This document shows positions 23,530 to 37,072 of a DNA stretch of 64,000 nucleotides, piece by piece. Each line of letters opens with the position of its first letter. Positions within the stretch are counted from its first letter, which is position 1. A program made the translations under genes and the position numbers. The notes beneath the pieces are model-generated. The model was not told the origin of the DNA. It searched no databases and saw nothing but the letters and a program-made list of their open reading frames with translations. Source of the stretch: Callorhinchus milii (Eukaryota); NCBI RefSeq assembly GCF_018977255.1, contig NW_024704743.1, positions 82,958,001 to 83,022,000 of the forward strand, written 5' to 3'.

Positions 23530-23850
23530 TAAGATTCTGTGCTATCATACAATTTCAAAGCCTAGACACCTCCTGACTCCAACTTACCTCTCCAATCTTC
23601 TCCAGCCCCATCTCCTACCCATAGCCCCTACTTCCCCAACTTGTGTCTACTGTTCATTCCTTGCCTTCTCTATACCACTATCAGTGTCTTAGCTTTCAGC
23701 ATTTTTGCCCCCGGTTTCTGGAATTCTCTCCCAAAATTCCATTGCCTCTCTCTATACTTTAAAACCCTATTGCTTTGACCAAGTCTTTGGTCAACGTCTT
23801 CAACCCCCCTCCCCCCATTTAGAAAGGTGCTAAATAAGTGCAATTTGTTA
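23530..23850 (+). mobile_element. Decayed L2 LINE 3' fragment
   Basis: PTYLSNLLQP-like remnant, gctttcagc...tctggaattctctccc, aaaaccctattgctttgacc, ending aaaggtgctaaataagtgcaatttgtt. Confidence 0.7.
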
Positions 23851-24114
23851 TACAGTGTTTCCTCAAGTTGCTTTGTGATCTCTTTGACAGAGGTAAAAAT
23901 GTGTGTAAAACATACCATCTAACAGGCTGTGTAATGTAATAATACTCTTAACCTTTGTTATAGTACATTTCACAATGGGAGGACGTCTCAAAGTACTTCA
24001 AAGGATATACAGTAAAGTGGAGTGACTGTTTTCTGTGGGTGAATGTACACGAAATCCGTTCTAGTTTATTTAATGAAATGCTCCAGTGGGTTTATATTTC
24101 AATAAACCCACTGC

Positions 24115-24398
24115 GAGGCACTTCACCTTGCAAGCAAGAGACCTGGGTTCAGTTCCCGGCAGGGAGAAACCTTGGACAAATTTCCTTACCCTACATGCCT
24201 GATAATAATCCCTCAAGAAAAGAAATAATAAATTGGTTACTTCAGACCACGACTGTTTGTGGGACACTGCTGTGGACAATTGGCTGCTGCATTTTGCCCA
24301 CAAATATATAGTCAACTCACTTTACAGTATATTCTGTGAAGCGCTTTGAGACATCTGGAAGATGTGAAAAGCGCTATATCAAATGCAAGGAATATATT
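24115..24398 (+). mobile_element. tRNA-derived SINE family A with internal deletion
   Basis: cacttcaccttgcaagcaagagacctgggttcagttcccggcagggagaaaccttggacaaatttcctta...gactgtttgtgggacactgctgtg...gcgctatatcaaatgcaagg. Confidence 0.85.
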
Positions 24399-27300
24399 GT
24401 AAAAGTAAATTTATCTGAACCTTGAAAAAATTGCTTGTGGTCTGGAAATCTTTCCGTATTTGTTTTGTGTTGTTAGGAGAAAGTTTACATAGACTCATAG
24501 ATTTTTTTTTACATCTCTGTTATTCCAAGCTTTAAAATCTTAAAAATAAATAGATCTATTTTCTGGCCCTACTGCCTTTCACAAATAGGTGCAGCTACAC
24601 TGAAATTGCCAGTTAAGTCCTACCAACACCAATAAAGCTCCACCACATCTCTTAAAATAACCATTTGGGCCTGTCTGCAAAATCCAAAAGTGAAAATAAA
24701 TTTCTGACACGGCTGCCAATCATCCCTGCTGCTCCAATCTGTACTGTAACCTCCATTGATGGTGACCCATCTGTCTGTTAGTCCATGTGCACCAATACAA
24801 ATTCAAATCATTATGCAGCCAGGTCAAGAGACAAATAATGGAAAGAGTGTAAAAAGTATAAATTGTTTGTATTATCGCCTTCAATTATAGTAAGAATGTC
24901 TGTACTTTCTTGCTGAAATGGACACAACAAACTGGAGATTATTCAGATAATGCTACAGTTGAGATTATTTATTAATTTACTGTGAAAGGTTTTGGATTAT
25001 TTCCTCTTCTCCAGAATAGGCACAGCACCACCAGCACTGGATAGTGGCCAGCAACCCTGTTCTCAGGTCTCCATCAGCATTGTTCTATTGGCTCGTGTTA
25101 GCAGGTGCACAAGAGTGGCCTGGGGATGACTTTTCCTCTGATTTCCCTCCTTATTGGAAAGCATCTGGTCAGTGTGCCAGGAGACTCCTGAAGTCTGTAA
25201 TCACAGAACGAGGAATCAAAGGCATAATCGCTTAACCCATTATTCTGGGACCCCCAAGGTACTGTGCCACTGCACTACCCTCTACAGCCCAGGAATAAAT
25301 AATTGCTAAATTGGTAACTGTCTGGGTTGGTGTATTTATACTGTGCTCTTAATGGGGATCAGTGTCCACTTGTTCTCTTGTGCGTGTGTGTGTTGGCAGT
25401 TAATTAATACAATACCTAGTTCCCTAACTTCTCTGTTTAACACACATATATATATTCCCAATAAGCATTCTGATATTACACTTGATATTGTAATGGTGGG
25501 TGTAGGTTCCTGAATCTGAAAAATGTTACTTTACACTTGCAAAATCATTCTAGTTTGTCTTGGTTTTCTGAGCAAAGGCCATAGGTTTGACTAATTGCAT
25601 CCTCTTCCATTTCATGGGCAGTGTTAACGTGGGCTTCCCATATGCCAAAACTGGCTTCCACATAACCAGCCATTTTAGGCTTGTCTTGTCCTCACAGTCA
25701 GCATCTGCTACCTGTTTCCCCAAATCTCCATGACTAAATCATTGACCAGATTTATAAGGCTCAATCTTTCATAAATGACACAAGTGCTCTACCTCCTTAG
25801 GTACAGCAGTGAATTGTAGTATAACAAATATTTTCAGTGCATACATCTATGGACTATACCATTGGTCTATTATATTTATGAGAGAAATAGTTTACTTTCA
25901 GAGATTTCCTTTTGTTTTCTGGAGAAATTATCAATCTAAACCAAATGTTGGTGAGATTCATTCACTGGTTCATTCAGATAACTCCTGCAACATATGATAT
26001 GAGGTGATAATCTTGATCCGGAATAAGGGAAGGAATTTGATATAAATGACAATGAAATCAAATGATGATCCCAAACATTTGATTGTTATAAGGAATTATG
26101 GTTATTCAATTGATCTTAAGTCTTGAGGCTTTGAGATAAATGGAAGTGAGTTTTGTATTTCGACCTTCTTCCTGTATGCTGTTTGATGTCAGAGTAGATT
26201 TCTATAATCTGTTGCTGTACAACTTTGTATTGGTATCACTACACGGGGACTGATTGGACAGCAAAGACGCAGTACCAAAACAGGCTGGCTGAATACATTT
26301 GGTGTGAAGTCTGCCAAAAAAGACTTTGTTTTGAAACCAAACCAAAGCCAATACTGACTGTACTGCAATTCACATTTTGATTGACAAGAGCTTTTAAAAA
26401 AAAGTTTTACTCAGTTACTAAAAAATAGTATGTGCTCTCAGAGGTCAGTAAAGTAGCTCTCCTTGTATGTTTGTTTATATACACACCAACCCCTTCCTTC
26501 TCCAGGTTTACTGTGATGCATAAGGATGGTGTAAGCACAGCAATCCACGCATTACTGTGATGTGCACCCAATGATGTCCACCCAATCACACCCAATTTGA
26601 TCAGCACAGAATAAAATACTATAAAAGAGTACAATGTAACAAAAAGTCCTCTGTCACAAGAAAACTAGCTAAACATATTTTAAATATTTGTGAATGGAAT
26701 CTGTGCAAAAAATGATATTGCTAAAACTTGTATTTAAAGTAGTGTATCACCACCATAGACTTGTGATGTACAGATAAGTTTAGGTGTCTAAAGTGGCAGA
26801 ATTATAAAGTAATGAGAGGAAATTATAATTTTACTGCACATGCTTTGAACACTCTATTGTGTTTGTTATACACACTGTTTAGTTTGTTAATAGCATAGCT
26901 TTAGTCATTATCAAGGTTGTTCAGATGTACTTCATTTTGTATGTCCCGTTTAGTTTAAAGCCTATTATTGTTATTCAGTACAAATGTTCCTAATGGTCAT
27001 ACATCTTGAAACACATTTTCATTCCTTTCTGTTACCATATTCATTATAAACCATGCATTCTCTTACTTTGCTTAATTGAGCCCCTTGGATGTTGATCACT
27101 AGTGCACTTCAGACTGAAGTTTGGGTGACCAGTAATCGGGTGTTTCTTGTGAAGCATGTGAAACTATTACGCTTTGTCACTGTCTTTCTGAATACCAGCT
27201 TCATTTTCCTTTGCATCACAGGTCAGGGGCAGTAGGCATGAGGCAGCACTTAAATGCTGGATGAAGTAGCCACCGGTCAGGAACTGAACTGGGGGTGGTT

Positions 27301-27702
27301 GCACAGTAAATGTTATTTTAGGCAAGTTGCCAACAGGACAGGCAAAGTGAACACTATGAGGGATTGCATCTTAAAAAATATGCTGTTAATGAAACATAAA
27401 AGTGAAAAATTGCTACCATGTTTAATAACTCCGCTAGAAAGCATGATATAAACAAAAAAACTCAAATACTCAATGGGTCTAGCATATTGCTTTAATTAGG
27501 AAAGAAAACAGCTTCTAAAGTTGACCAGGCCAAATCTGAGGTTTTTTTTATTTCATTTTGCCTTAGTCATGGAGTTGCTGTGTTATTGACTCAGTCCTGA
27601 ATCTTGTCCAATACCACTATATAAGTGTGTGGTATTCTTTAGGTTCCAATTTGTCTAGGACAATAAAATTTTAAATCTTCACGTATTAGTCCCAGGCAGG
27701 AT

Positions 27703-28058
27703 GTGAGCTCATGGTCTAGGCTAACACTCCATGGGATCACAATCATTGCAATGCTGGAGGAGCCCTACATTGCTTCAGGTGCCGTCCTTCAGATGAGAAA
27801 TTAAAAACTGGGCTCCTGTTTGCTTGTTTCTGGCGGATATTAAAGAACCTACAGCACGATTCAAAAAGAGAATTTCTCTCAGTATCTTGGCCATCAATCC
27901 TTCAGATGAGTTGGCCTTTTGCCCCATAACTGTTTGTCAGACTTTGCTGTGTGCAAAATAATTGTTTGCCTACGACAAATGGGCATTACATTTGACAGTA
28001 AACACTGTGAAACGTTTAGAGATGTTTCGATGTTCTGGACACTATCAAGTGTAAGTTT
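27703..28058 (+). mobile_element. Deu-domain SINE (family B), decayed
   Basis: gagctcatggtctaggctaacactcc...ggtgccgtccttcagatgaga...ctgtttgtcagactttgctgtgtgcaaa. Confidence 0.72.
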
Positions 28059-29719
28059 TTCCTTCTCAATTCACAGAATGAAGCAACTGACCAATAGTGT
28101 AATAATGCCTATATTGAAAATATAACAACTGGCAAATTGAAAGTCTTAAGCTTTGGTTTAGGTCTGAATGACAGCATTCAACAGCAATAGATTCAGATCT
28201 ACTTCACATTTTTTTAAAGTTATTGAGAAGCATACCTTGAAGACATTAAATTTTTAGATCACATTTGTTTTTATTGTAGGATTTTCAAACCTTGTTTAGC
28301 TTCTGCTGACTTTACGGCTTTAAAGTGTGAGTTAAGGAATTTGCTTTGACAATTATTCGGACATGTGAAAAATTAATGGCTGGATGATTGTATTTGTAGA
28401 GCATTAAGTCATGCATGAAGAGCAATTGCCAATCGTGTATTTCAGTAGAAATGGTCTCACAGTGCCCATCAACCAGGTCACCCGCAATCTCAAATGCACA
28501 TCATTCATCCTGTGAGCACCAGTGTAAGTCATACAAACACTAAGAATTGGTTGTAAGGAGTCGCTTGCTCTTAATCATTTTGTTGGTCACTTAATTTTAG
28601 TGATAAGCATAAAATCTTCAAGGAAAAAATAGTGCAATAAATTCTGGAGGGATACGGAAAATACTGGTTCATCTTCACCCCCTGAAGTCTAATTGAAGCA
28701 GTGCACTTTGTAGGGTTAGACCTACAAGAGAAAATTGTTGCCAGTCATGATTGTGAGGCAGACTCATGCCAAATGTTTAAAGGTTTCTACATGAACATTT
28801 TTGATATGCATGGTCAGTTTGGAAGAATTATCTGATTAGTGGAGTAAACTTTTAATAATAATGTTTGCATTAGTTTCATAAGAGATACCAGCAGCAATGT
28901 ACACAGTAAGCTTTGTTTAATGCAGTATGAAACATGCAAGTCACACTGAATTGTCCTTAAATATTATCCATTTAATGTGTTTTTACAACAGAATGAAATA
29001 TTACATCTGCGATCCCCAATGTCCCATCTGGTGCTTTGTTGACAATGCTACATGTCTACTGGTGTTTTTTTTACCAATTGCCTACTCACCTATGCAGGCA
29101 ATTATTCCTGTTTGGGCTCTTTGGCTTTTAATTGAGTATGATTGAGCATAGAAAGTAAAATGGGTCCATTACTGTGTAACTATTATGTCCTCATTGTCAC
29201 ATTTAGACTGCTCAAATGACTGGGCGTCTGTGCAGATCAAGGCTAATGACTCTGCAGTTTGAACATTAGTCAGAAAAACTAGTACATTATTTGTAGATGT
29301 TTATTGAGGCTACGCTATTCATGACAGGTTTACTTCTTGGCGTAACCAAGGTAAGAGCATACAAAAGCATACAATGACATGATGGGCCAAATGGCCTACC
29401 TTCTGTGATGTCAATTTTTAAGAGCGCGAAATGATCAACAGCAACAACAACTTGCACGTATATAGCACCCTCCTCGCAGGGTAGCGTATCAGAGCGCTTA
29501 ATCGAACAAGCCATGCAAAACCTTCCCTCTCATGGACGTCATCTCACCCATTCTATAGGAATATCTGCAGGATATTTATCTGTTCCCACATCAGGATATT
29601 TATCTGTTCCTTGGTCCTGTCCCTCTGTAAGTATGTATTACTCTGTCCAGCTGCACAGAAATCATTCTGATTCATGAAATATATGTTATATATGTTCATC
29701 TCAATCTGAATTTAGCTCT

Positions 29720-30780
29720 ATATCATCCAGTACTGTTCTCCAATAATTATCCAGTACTTTTTGAAAGATTAGCTCAATGTGGCATTAACTGCTTCTGTTG
29801 GAAATTACAACCACATATCCACCATTCTATGGAGGGAAATCTGCTAATCTGCTCGATGTTTTCTAATATTAAGACAAGCTTTTTAGTTCTGGTCTTGTCC
29901 TATAGAACTGTATCTTAGTGGTTAGAGCACTCACCTTGCAAGCGAGAGGACCTGGGTTTGATTCCCAGGCAGGGTGAAACGTTGGGCAAGTTTCCTTCCT
30001 CCACATGGCTCTGTTTATCTAGCAGCAAGTAGGAACCCGGCTGTTATTTGGTGGAATAATTGGTGGAACACTTTTCCGGCGGTAATAATCCCTTAAAAAA
30101 ACAATAATAATAATTTGTTCACTCAATCCACGACTGTTTGTAAGATACTGCTGTGCGCAATTGGCTGCCGCATTTCGCCCACAAAATATACAGTCAATTC
30201 ACTTTACAGTGAAACACTTTGAGATGTCTTGAAAATGTGATAAGGCACTATATCAAATGCAAGGATTATTATTATTATCATTATATGTTAAATAGCCTGC
30301 TTACATCCACATCATCTATGTCTTTCATGAAAGACTTGCGTCTCATCTACCTGCAAGGTTCTTTTTTCTAATGAGACAAGTTCAGTTTTGTAAGCTTTAT
30401 TTATAACTTAGAACTCCAAACCATCATTATTGCTGAATCCTCTTCAACTCATGACTATCGTTTTGAAAGTAGGTTGTCCAAAACTGCATACTGTAATCCA
30501 AATGTGACCTCTCAGTTAATGTATACTAAGTTGTAATGAGTTCTTTTGACTTTTGGTCAAATCCACTCTAGATGCATCCCAGTATTTCATTAGCTGTGTT
30601 GATATCAGCATCACATTCTCTGGAAACTTCAGTGAATGATCAACAATCACACCTCCACCTCTTCCTATTAGGCACATTTATTATTTCTTTTTCCAATATA
30701 TATTCAATTTATCTATATTAAAATCCAACTGCTTTTTGGCTTATCTGTTGAGGTTCAATCCAAACAATTTGCCATTAATT
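29720..30780 (-). mobile_element. Decayed CR1-clade LINE 3' part, interrupted by a family A SINE
   Basis: Minus strand ANEILGCI (30571-30596) and RSHLDYSMQFWT (30475-30512) match the CR1 ANxxLGCI and RPHLEYCVQFW motifs. Remnants appear to continue left of the SINE. Confidence 0.7.
29908..30283 (+). mobile_element. tRNA-derived SINE family A (full length)
   Basis: tagtggttagagcactcaccttgcaagcgagaggacctgggtttgattcccaggcagggtgaaacgttgggcaagtttcc...actatatcaaatgcaaggattattattatt. Confidence 0.9.
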
Positions 30781-31410
30781 CCATGAACTTCGATGTTGGA
30801 TCAACAGAAATTGGGTTTTAGGTAGATTTGCAGTAAAATACCTTATTATCATGTAAGAATTGTATTTTTGTTCATCTACACTTACTAGGCTGCTTTAGTT
30901 ATAATAGGTTATTTTTACACAGTTTTCACCTTAGTGCGAAATATTAATACCTTGAATCCTCATGGCTTCTGTAGGAATATAATCTCCACATCTTGGGAAC
31001 TGCCTCTTCTCTCACCTTACAACAGAGCTTTCAATAATTTTACAGTCATTGTATTGTTTCGGTAAATGGTTGTCTCCAGTGCATCTGATCCTGAAATACC
31101 ATTCCAACAATCTATTGAAGCTCTCTTGTGAAACATGCAGTTGGTCCAGGAAATTGACATTTTGTTTTAGATATGGTCTTGTTGAAGTCAGAGGCCTGAC
31201 ATTTCACCAAGGCTTAGCCTGAAGACCATTTAAGTTTATAAATTGTGGAAAATTCTTAGATTCATTCTTAATTTGCAACCTGGTTTCCTGCAATTCCTAA
31301 AACATTCCACATTTTGGTGCTCTTTCCAATGGTGAAAATTTGTATGACATTGTGTCAGATGGTCACTGGATTTTTTTTAATTCTCAAGAGGACACCAACA
31401 GTGATATGAC

Positions 31411-31549
31411 TCGTCAGAACGAAGGGTCGTGGACCCGAAACATTGACTCACTTTCCTTTCTCTATAGATGCTGCCTGACCTGCTGAGTGTTCCCAGCGAC
31501 TTCTGTTTTTGTTTTAGATTTCCAGCATCTGCAGTATTTTGCATTTTGT
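31411..31549 (+). mobile_element. Penelope-like element terminal-repeat fragment with degenerate hammerhead-like motif
   Basis: cagaacgaaGGGTCgtgGACCCgaaacattgac followed by tagatgctgcctgacctgctgagtgttcccagc...tttagatttccagcatctgcagtattttgc, a repeat end I recognise as common in chondrichthyan genomes. Confidence 0.6.
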
Positions 31550-32050
31550 AGTATGACTCTAGACTGCCCTATGTTTTGCTTCTGGTGAAAGATAACCATT
31601 ATCACAGCAGCCCCTACCGTATCATAGGCAAAGAGTTGTTATCAATTTTCTATTTTATATAATCCTTGATCATTGTTATCAGAGCAAAGAACTCAAGTTT
31701 ACCTGTCCATTGCTTGGATCCTGAGGGGCTTGGACTGTTTTTTTGCACTAACACTATTCTGCACACTTCACTTGTACCACCAATCTGAAAATGACAGCTG
31801 CCAGTATATGCTAAGATCACAAGGTCAACACCAAATATACCCAAGAGGGACTGACATCACAGTGTTTTCCAGTATAATGACCCTGCCTACCAGAGACATG
31901 AGAAAAAGGTGAAAACAAAACTGATATCCTGCAAAAACAGGGGGAAAAAATGGAATGTGTGTACAGTATTATGCACAATAATAGCTGGTCAGGGGATAAA
32001 TTACAAAGCTTTCTGAGGCACTGTTGGAACATGTTCTTAGACCAACTTGG

Positions 32051-32160
32051 AATAAATAATCCTTGCATTTAATATAGTACCTTTCATGTCAGGAGGACGT
32101 TTCAAAGCACTTCACAGGATTTACTGTGAAGTATAGTGGCAGTGTATTTTGTAGGCAAAC
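32051..32160 (-). mobile_element. SINE 3' tail fragment
   Basis: aataatccttgcatttaatatagtacctttcatgtcaggaggacgtttcaaagcacttcacaggat. Similar short tails lie at ~23940-24040 (-), ~33320-33415 (-) and ~52840-52915 (+). Confidence 0.7.
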
Positions 32161-33730
32161 ACAGGATAAAGGGTACGATGTTTAGGGATGAAAAATGAAA
32201 GGACCGGTTTTCTAGTCTACCTTGTTACGGAACATGCTCCTTCTGTTTTGATAGGCTAAGTTGACATTACGAGTACATTCCTTTGTGCTTTGACTTTTAC
32301 CATTCGGATGAAGTATACGTGCTGTTATTGAAGACCCAGATGGTAATAAACACTTCCAAATGAATTATGGAGCAGTAATGCAGCTGGAGTCGGGAGGGGG
32401 GAAGATGGTGTAATAAACAGTACAAATCTGAGTAGTTTATGAATGGGCATTACTGAGAGAGTACCTGGAGGTCCATTGACTTCATCGTCTGAAAATGTAG
32501 AACTTTTAGTACAGTATTCCAAACCCTGTTTTAAACAGTCGATATCAAGACAACTCACTAAATGCATCTTTCTCATGTTTTCTTTTATTAAGCTCAGGTT
32601 AAACTACAGTATTCATTTTTTTCACATGCAGTGCAAACCTCTATTTCCATTATGTTTCTCACATTATTACTGAAGTGTGAATTTTCTTGCAGTGTAGTCT
32701 GAAATTACTTTTATTTTACCTTATGAATTACATTATTAGTATTACTGTATAAAATTAAAAATCATCGTTCAGGTGTTTCAGCTGAATATAGTTTAACCAC
32801 ACAAACATGTAAAAGATTTAATAAGCTTGTGGGTTCACCTGGATCCAGCTGTTTCCAAACCAGCATTATGAAATGGAGAAATGAAGATGGCAGTAGGAGG
32901 TAAGCATTATTACAAGCTCTCACCGAGTTCAAGATCAATTTCTGCTTGAATGAATTAATTCAGATTATCAATTTATTACCAGCTTCATGAATTCCATCAG
33001 CTCAATGAATGATCTGGTTCTCACATTGTAACTGTCTGACAGTTACAGAATCCATATCAGGCACTCGTTAAGTTCCATTCTGCAGTGGCACTGATGCGGA
33101 AGAATATTGAAGTGTCCACGTTTGATAAAACAGACGCACCCTTTGCATTAATGAAGCACGCTGGTGGATGTGTGCAAGTAGTACATCAAAATTAAGTTTA
33201 AAAGGCAGATGGAATAAATTATGTTAAAATTATGTATTTGTATTATTTTCATTCTCATGTCTGCAGACATTAGTACAACAAAAATGTTTTAATTTAACAA
33301 ATTTAAAGCCTTACTTCATATAATAATAATCCTTACATTTGATTGGTACCCTTCACATTGGGAGGACTCAAAGCACGTCACAGGATATACTGTAAAATGT
33401 AGTGACTATATTTTGTACTTACTGTTTTGGTTTGTTTTTTGGAGACAGAAGTTTCAAAGTTATTAGAGCTTCTGTGAACTGCAAATTGTGCACCAAACAT
33501 TATAGTCGCACAGATAAAATGGTTGCATGCTTTGTGTAATTTCTACCTCCACTCCGCACCCTACTTGTGGTCTCTAGTAAATCAAGATTGCGGATTGTGC
33601 TTTGGATTTAGATTAAAATTGAGATAAGGAAATGACACAGTCCATCAGAGGTGATGGAGGATTGAGATGCCCATAGCAACATGGCTTTTGTTTTTGGTTT
33701 CATGATTTATTAAAAAGAGAGCTTACCACC

Positions 33731-33942
33731 AACACTCGAATGCAGTGCTGAGGAAGCGATACATTGTCAAAGTTACCATCCTTCCGATGAGATGTTAACT
33801 GAGATCCCCATCTGCCTGTTCAGGTGGATACATATGATCATTAAACTCAACAGTCATAGCACTTTCCAGTAAAATCCTGCGAACAACTTTGAGGCATCTT
33901 CTCAACATGAAAGGTGCTATACGAAATGCAAGGATTATCATA
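33731..33942 (+). mobile_element. Deu-domain SINE (family B), internally deleted
   Basis: gcagtgctgaggaagc...ccttccgatgagatgttaactgagatccccatctgcctgttcaggtggat joined to the tail aaaggtgctatacgaaatgcaaggattat. Confidence 0.75.
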
Positions 33943-34302
33943 TAAATAATTATTCAGATAATAGATTTGAATGCTTTCAAAGTAAAACAAGATCTTCAAT
34001 GGCGCATTTCAGCCAAAGGTAGTATTGATTTTTGGAGGTTCTTCTTTCTACTTCTCTCTTTGTCTCTCTATCTGCCATGCACTATTCACAGTTAAGAGGA
34101 CATGTGGCCTTGTCCTAAGCCTCTGTGATCGCTGCTCAGAAACTAATCACTAAGAAGCCCACGAAAGCAGCAGCATGATGATGCCTCTGTTTTTCTCTCT
34201 TAATGTCACTTCATGTGACAAAGCACCACCCCAGGATGATGGGAAGCTTAGCATGTGGGGAGTAATGCGTATAAGCCTATCCAACCCCATCCCTTACAAG
34301 CA

Positions 34303-34328
34303 TACGCACATACACACACACACACATA
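34303..34328. repeat. (CA)n microsatellite
   Basis: tacgcacatacacacacacacacata. Another short (CA)n lies at ~59548-59563. Confidence 0.8.
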
Positions 34329-36083
34329 GTGCGTAGAAAGTTGGCACTGCAATGCTGTGCAGCACCACGTCATCGTATTTAATTGGATTTTATGCAGTTG
34401 TTTAGAGATAAGATCAGCAAATAGTCGGAATTACATCGCTATGTAATTAGCACCACAGTTGCTCTTTAATATTCCAGTTTCCCCGTTGCCAGCATTATGA
34501 GGTAGGGTTGACTAATCTCACTATTATGTTAGCAAATTTCTTGATCTGGTTGTGTTTTGTGACATGAGATAGACTTTGTTATATATAATACATGTGTTCT
34601 TTTCCCCCACTGTATCTTGAGTTGCTTCTCCCACCAGATTGAGTTTTGTCTTGGGAATTTGACCTTCAGATAATCTGGCCCCCACTATTGATGAATTTCC
34701 CCAATGTTTCCTTCCTAATGAGAGACAAAGCCAATCCGAATGGGTGATTGGAGTTTATTCTATGAATTTGCTTGGCATCTCCAATTGTTCACTCACATTG
34801 CCCCTGCAACTTCCAAAAAAATACAGGACTTGGCACAAAAACTGCCCGACAGCTTTGCCATGCTTCATGTAGAGAGGGAACAGAATCCTAGAAAACTTGG
34901 GAGCTTTTGAAAAACAAGACTTAATACAAATCCCTTGCTAAAGTTCCACTTGAGACTTGATATTGAGTTACCTGGTCTTATTAGACTCTCGAATGCAAAT
35001 TAATACACCTAATATTTACCATATCCTACTGTTTGCAGTAAATCACATAAGATTTACTCCATGAACCCATATATGAATGCTGCAAAACATTTCATTCACG
35101 TAGAAAGATTCAGTTCATAAATATTAATGTAGGAAATCTGTAGTTTACTACAATATAAAGAGAGTTTGAGTAACTGTTTGAATCCTTTATATTGTTCCCA
35201 CTAATCCCTTGATTGGTCCTAGTCTTTCTCTGTGTGATGGGTTCCCCTGAAACGTTGCATTGAATATCAGGCAACTAAGTGTATTCAAACTGTTTAGGCA
35301 ACTAAGTGCATTCAAACATAAAACTTGCTGGTTTTGTGACTGAATCTTCAAGGGCTGGATAGTTGTTTCACACGCACACACTCATAGCTGTTGTTTTTTG
35401 CTTTGTTCATCATTTCTCTTTGATTGATCTACAGAGAATGAGGGTCGAAAATCATTCCAAGAACTGAAGTCTTCCAGGGGTTTAATTAAAAGTTTAAGAG
35501 CAAAATCTCTGTGGAAATTTAGGGAACCTTGCCGGTCAATGCAACCAGCCTTTTAATAAAATGCCTACTTCTGGAAGTTACAAGCTGAATTTGGGAATTG
35601 CTTTACTCCTGTTATCTTAAATCTTGCCCCACATTCTGTTTTTGTTGGTTTCTGTGACCAGTTGTAGTGAGGAACAAGGTTACCCCGATGCACGGTCATG
35701 GGGAGGTGCCTGCCTCCATTCAGCATCTTCTCACAATGGTGCAGCTAAGGCCATGCAAGAAATCAGAGAAACTTCTGTCCAATATGTGGCATTGCACGTT
35801 GCAGATTCAGAACCACTTCACTGCCTAATTGCCTACAACAGACGCTTGGTCAATAAGAAATATCATCCATTAGGTAGGAAAGGTTAAACATGTCCAAACA
35901 TCCCCAGAGAGTGAACTCAAATATATCAAGCTATGATTCAAAATAAAAAAGTGTTGTTTTATACATACTGGACATGTGATTCCATTATAGTCTGTCTAAG
36001 TTTATCTACCTTTGATCTTCAATAATCTATGAAGTATCCCACTAGCGGGAAGCAATTCCAATGGAGTCCAGATCTACTCTTAC

Positions 36084-36175
36084 CTATGTAGCATTTTAGA
36101 CCGTTCAGAATTTGGCAAATTTTTGAATTCAGTCAACTTTGAGGGTTTTCTATGGTTCTTAAAAAAAATTACAAA
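36084..36175 (+). repeat. Unclassified ~95-bp repeat, copy 2
   Basis: Shares ctatgtagcattttaga (36084-36100) and downstream colinear sequence with 21695-21790. Confidence 0.65.
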
Positions 36176-36698
36176 ATAAGCTTCAAAATTAATTATTATT
36201 TAAGAATTTGTCAAATAAAAATAAAAGAATGGAATTAATATTGAGACTTTTACCAAATGGATAGGTAACTTCTTGATCACATCTTCCAGATTTTATTTGA
36301 ATATGAACATCTAATAAAACATCAGTGCACACAGTGGGCCTGGAAACATTCTATACATGAATGCACATTTGTCACTTCAATATCTTGCAACAGATATTTT
36401 ACTGTTTCTTGTAAAATTAATGGGTTTTGTTCTTCTCGTTCAGCCTTTGCTTTCAGCACAAACAAAGTGCTTCGATCCAAACTTGCACACATTTAAGCCC
36501 CCAAAACACAGATTTGTGATCGCAGTAATACACACTTCATTAGATTTTAATCAACTCTACTTAGCAGCTTGTTAAATCCAAAATGATGAGGACTTTCTGT
36601 TCACATACGTTTGAGGCCAGATTGAATCTCTTTCCCTCATTTTCATGAAATTCACACTATGTCTAAAACTCCCAAATATCTCTGAAAATTGAACACTT

Positions 36699-37072
36699 TA
36701 ATCCTTATAATATAGTGCCTTTCATTTTGGAAGGATATCTCAAAGAGCTTCACAGGATATACTGTAAATGTTGTGACTGAATAGGTAATTTGCCTACAAT
36801 TTTCATACAGAAATGGCCTACAACCAACCATTGCAGTGAATGACCAATTATATTTGGGCATTGTTGGCCATGACACTAGGAGAAAGTCTGCTCTTTTTGA
36901 ATAGTGCCATGGTATCTTTAACATCCATCTGAACAGGCAAATGGGACCTTGGTTTAATGTTTTCATCCAAAAGATCTAGGAGTGTCAGCCTAGACTGTAT
37001 GAGTTCAAAGTTCTGACATGGGGCTTGAACGTACAACTTTCTGACTCGAAGGCAAGAGTCTGAGCCAGGCTA
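36699..37072 (-). mobile_element. Deu-domain SINE (family B), near full length
   Basis: ttgaatagtgccatggtatctttaacatccatctgaacaggcaaatgggaccttggtttaatg core, gagtgtcagcctagactgtatgagttcaa, and head remnant ctttctgactc...tgagccaggct. Confidence 0.82.

Noticed and set aside
29568..35317. Short direct repeats as CRISPR-like arrays
   Set aside because: Only two units each, 5-nt spacers, vertebrate context and no cas genes.
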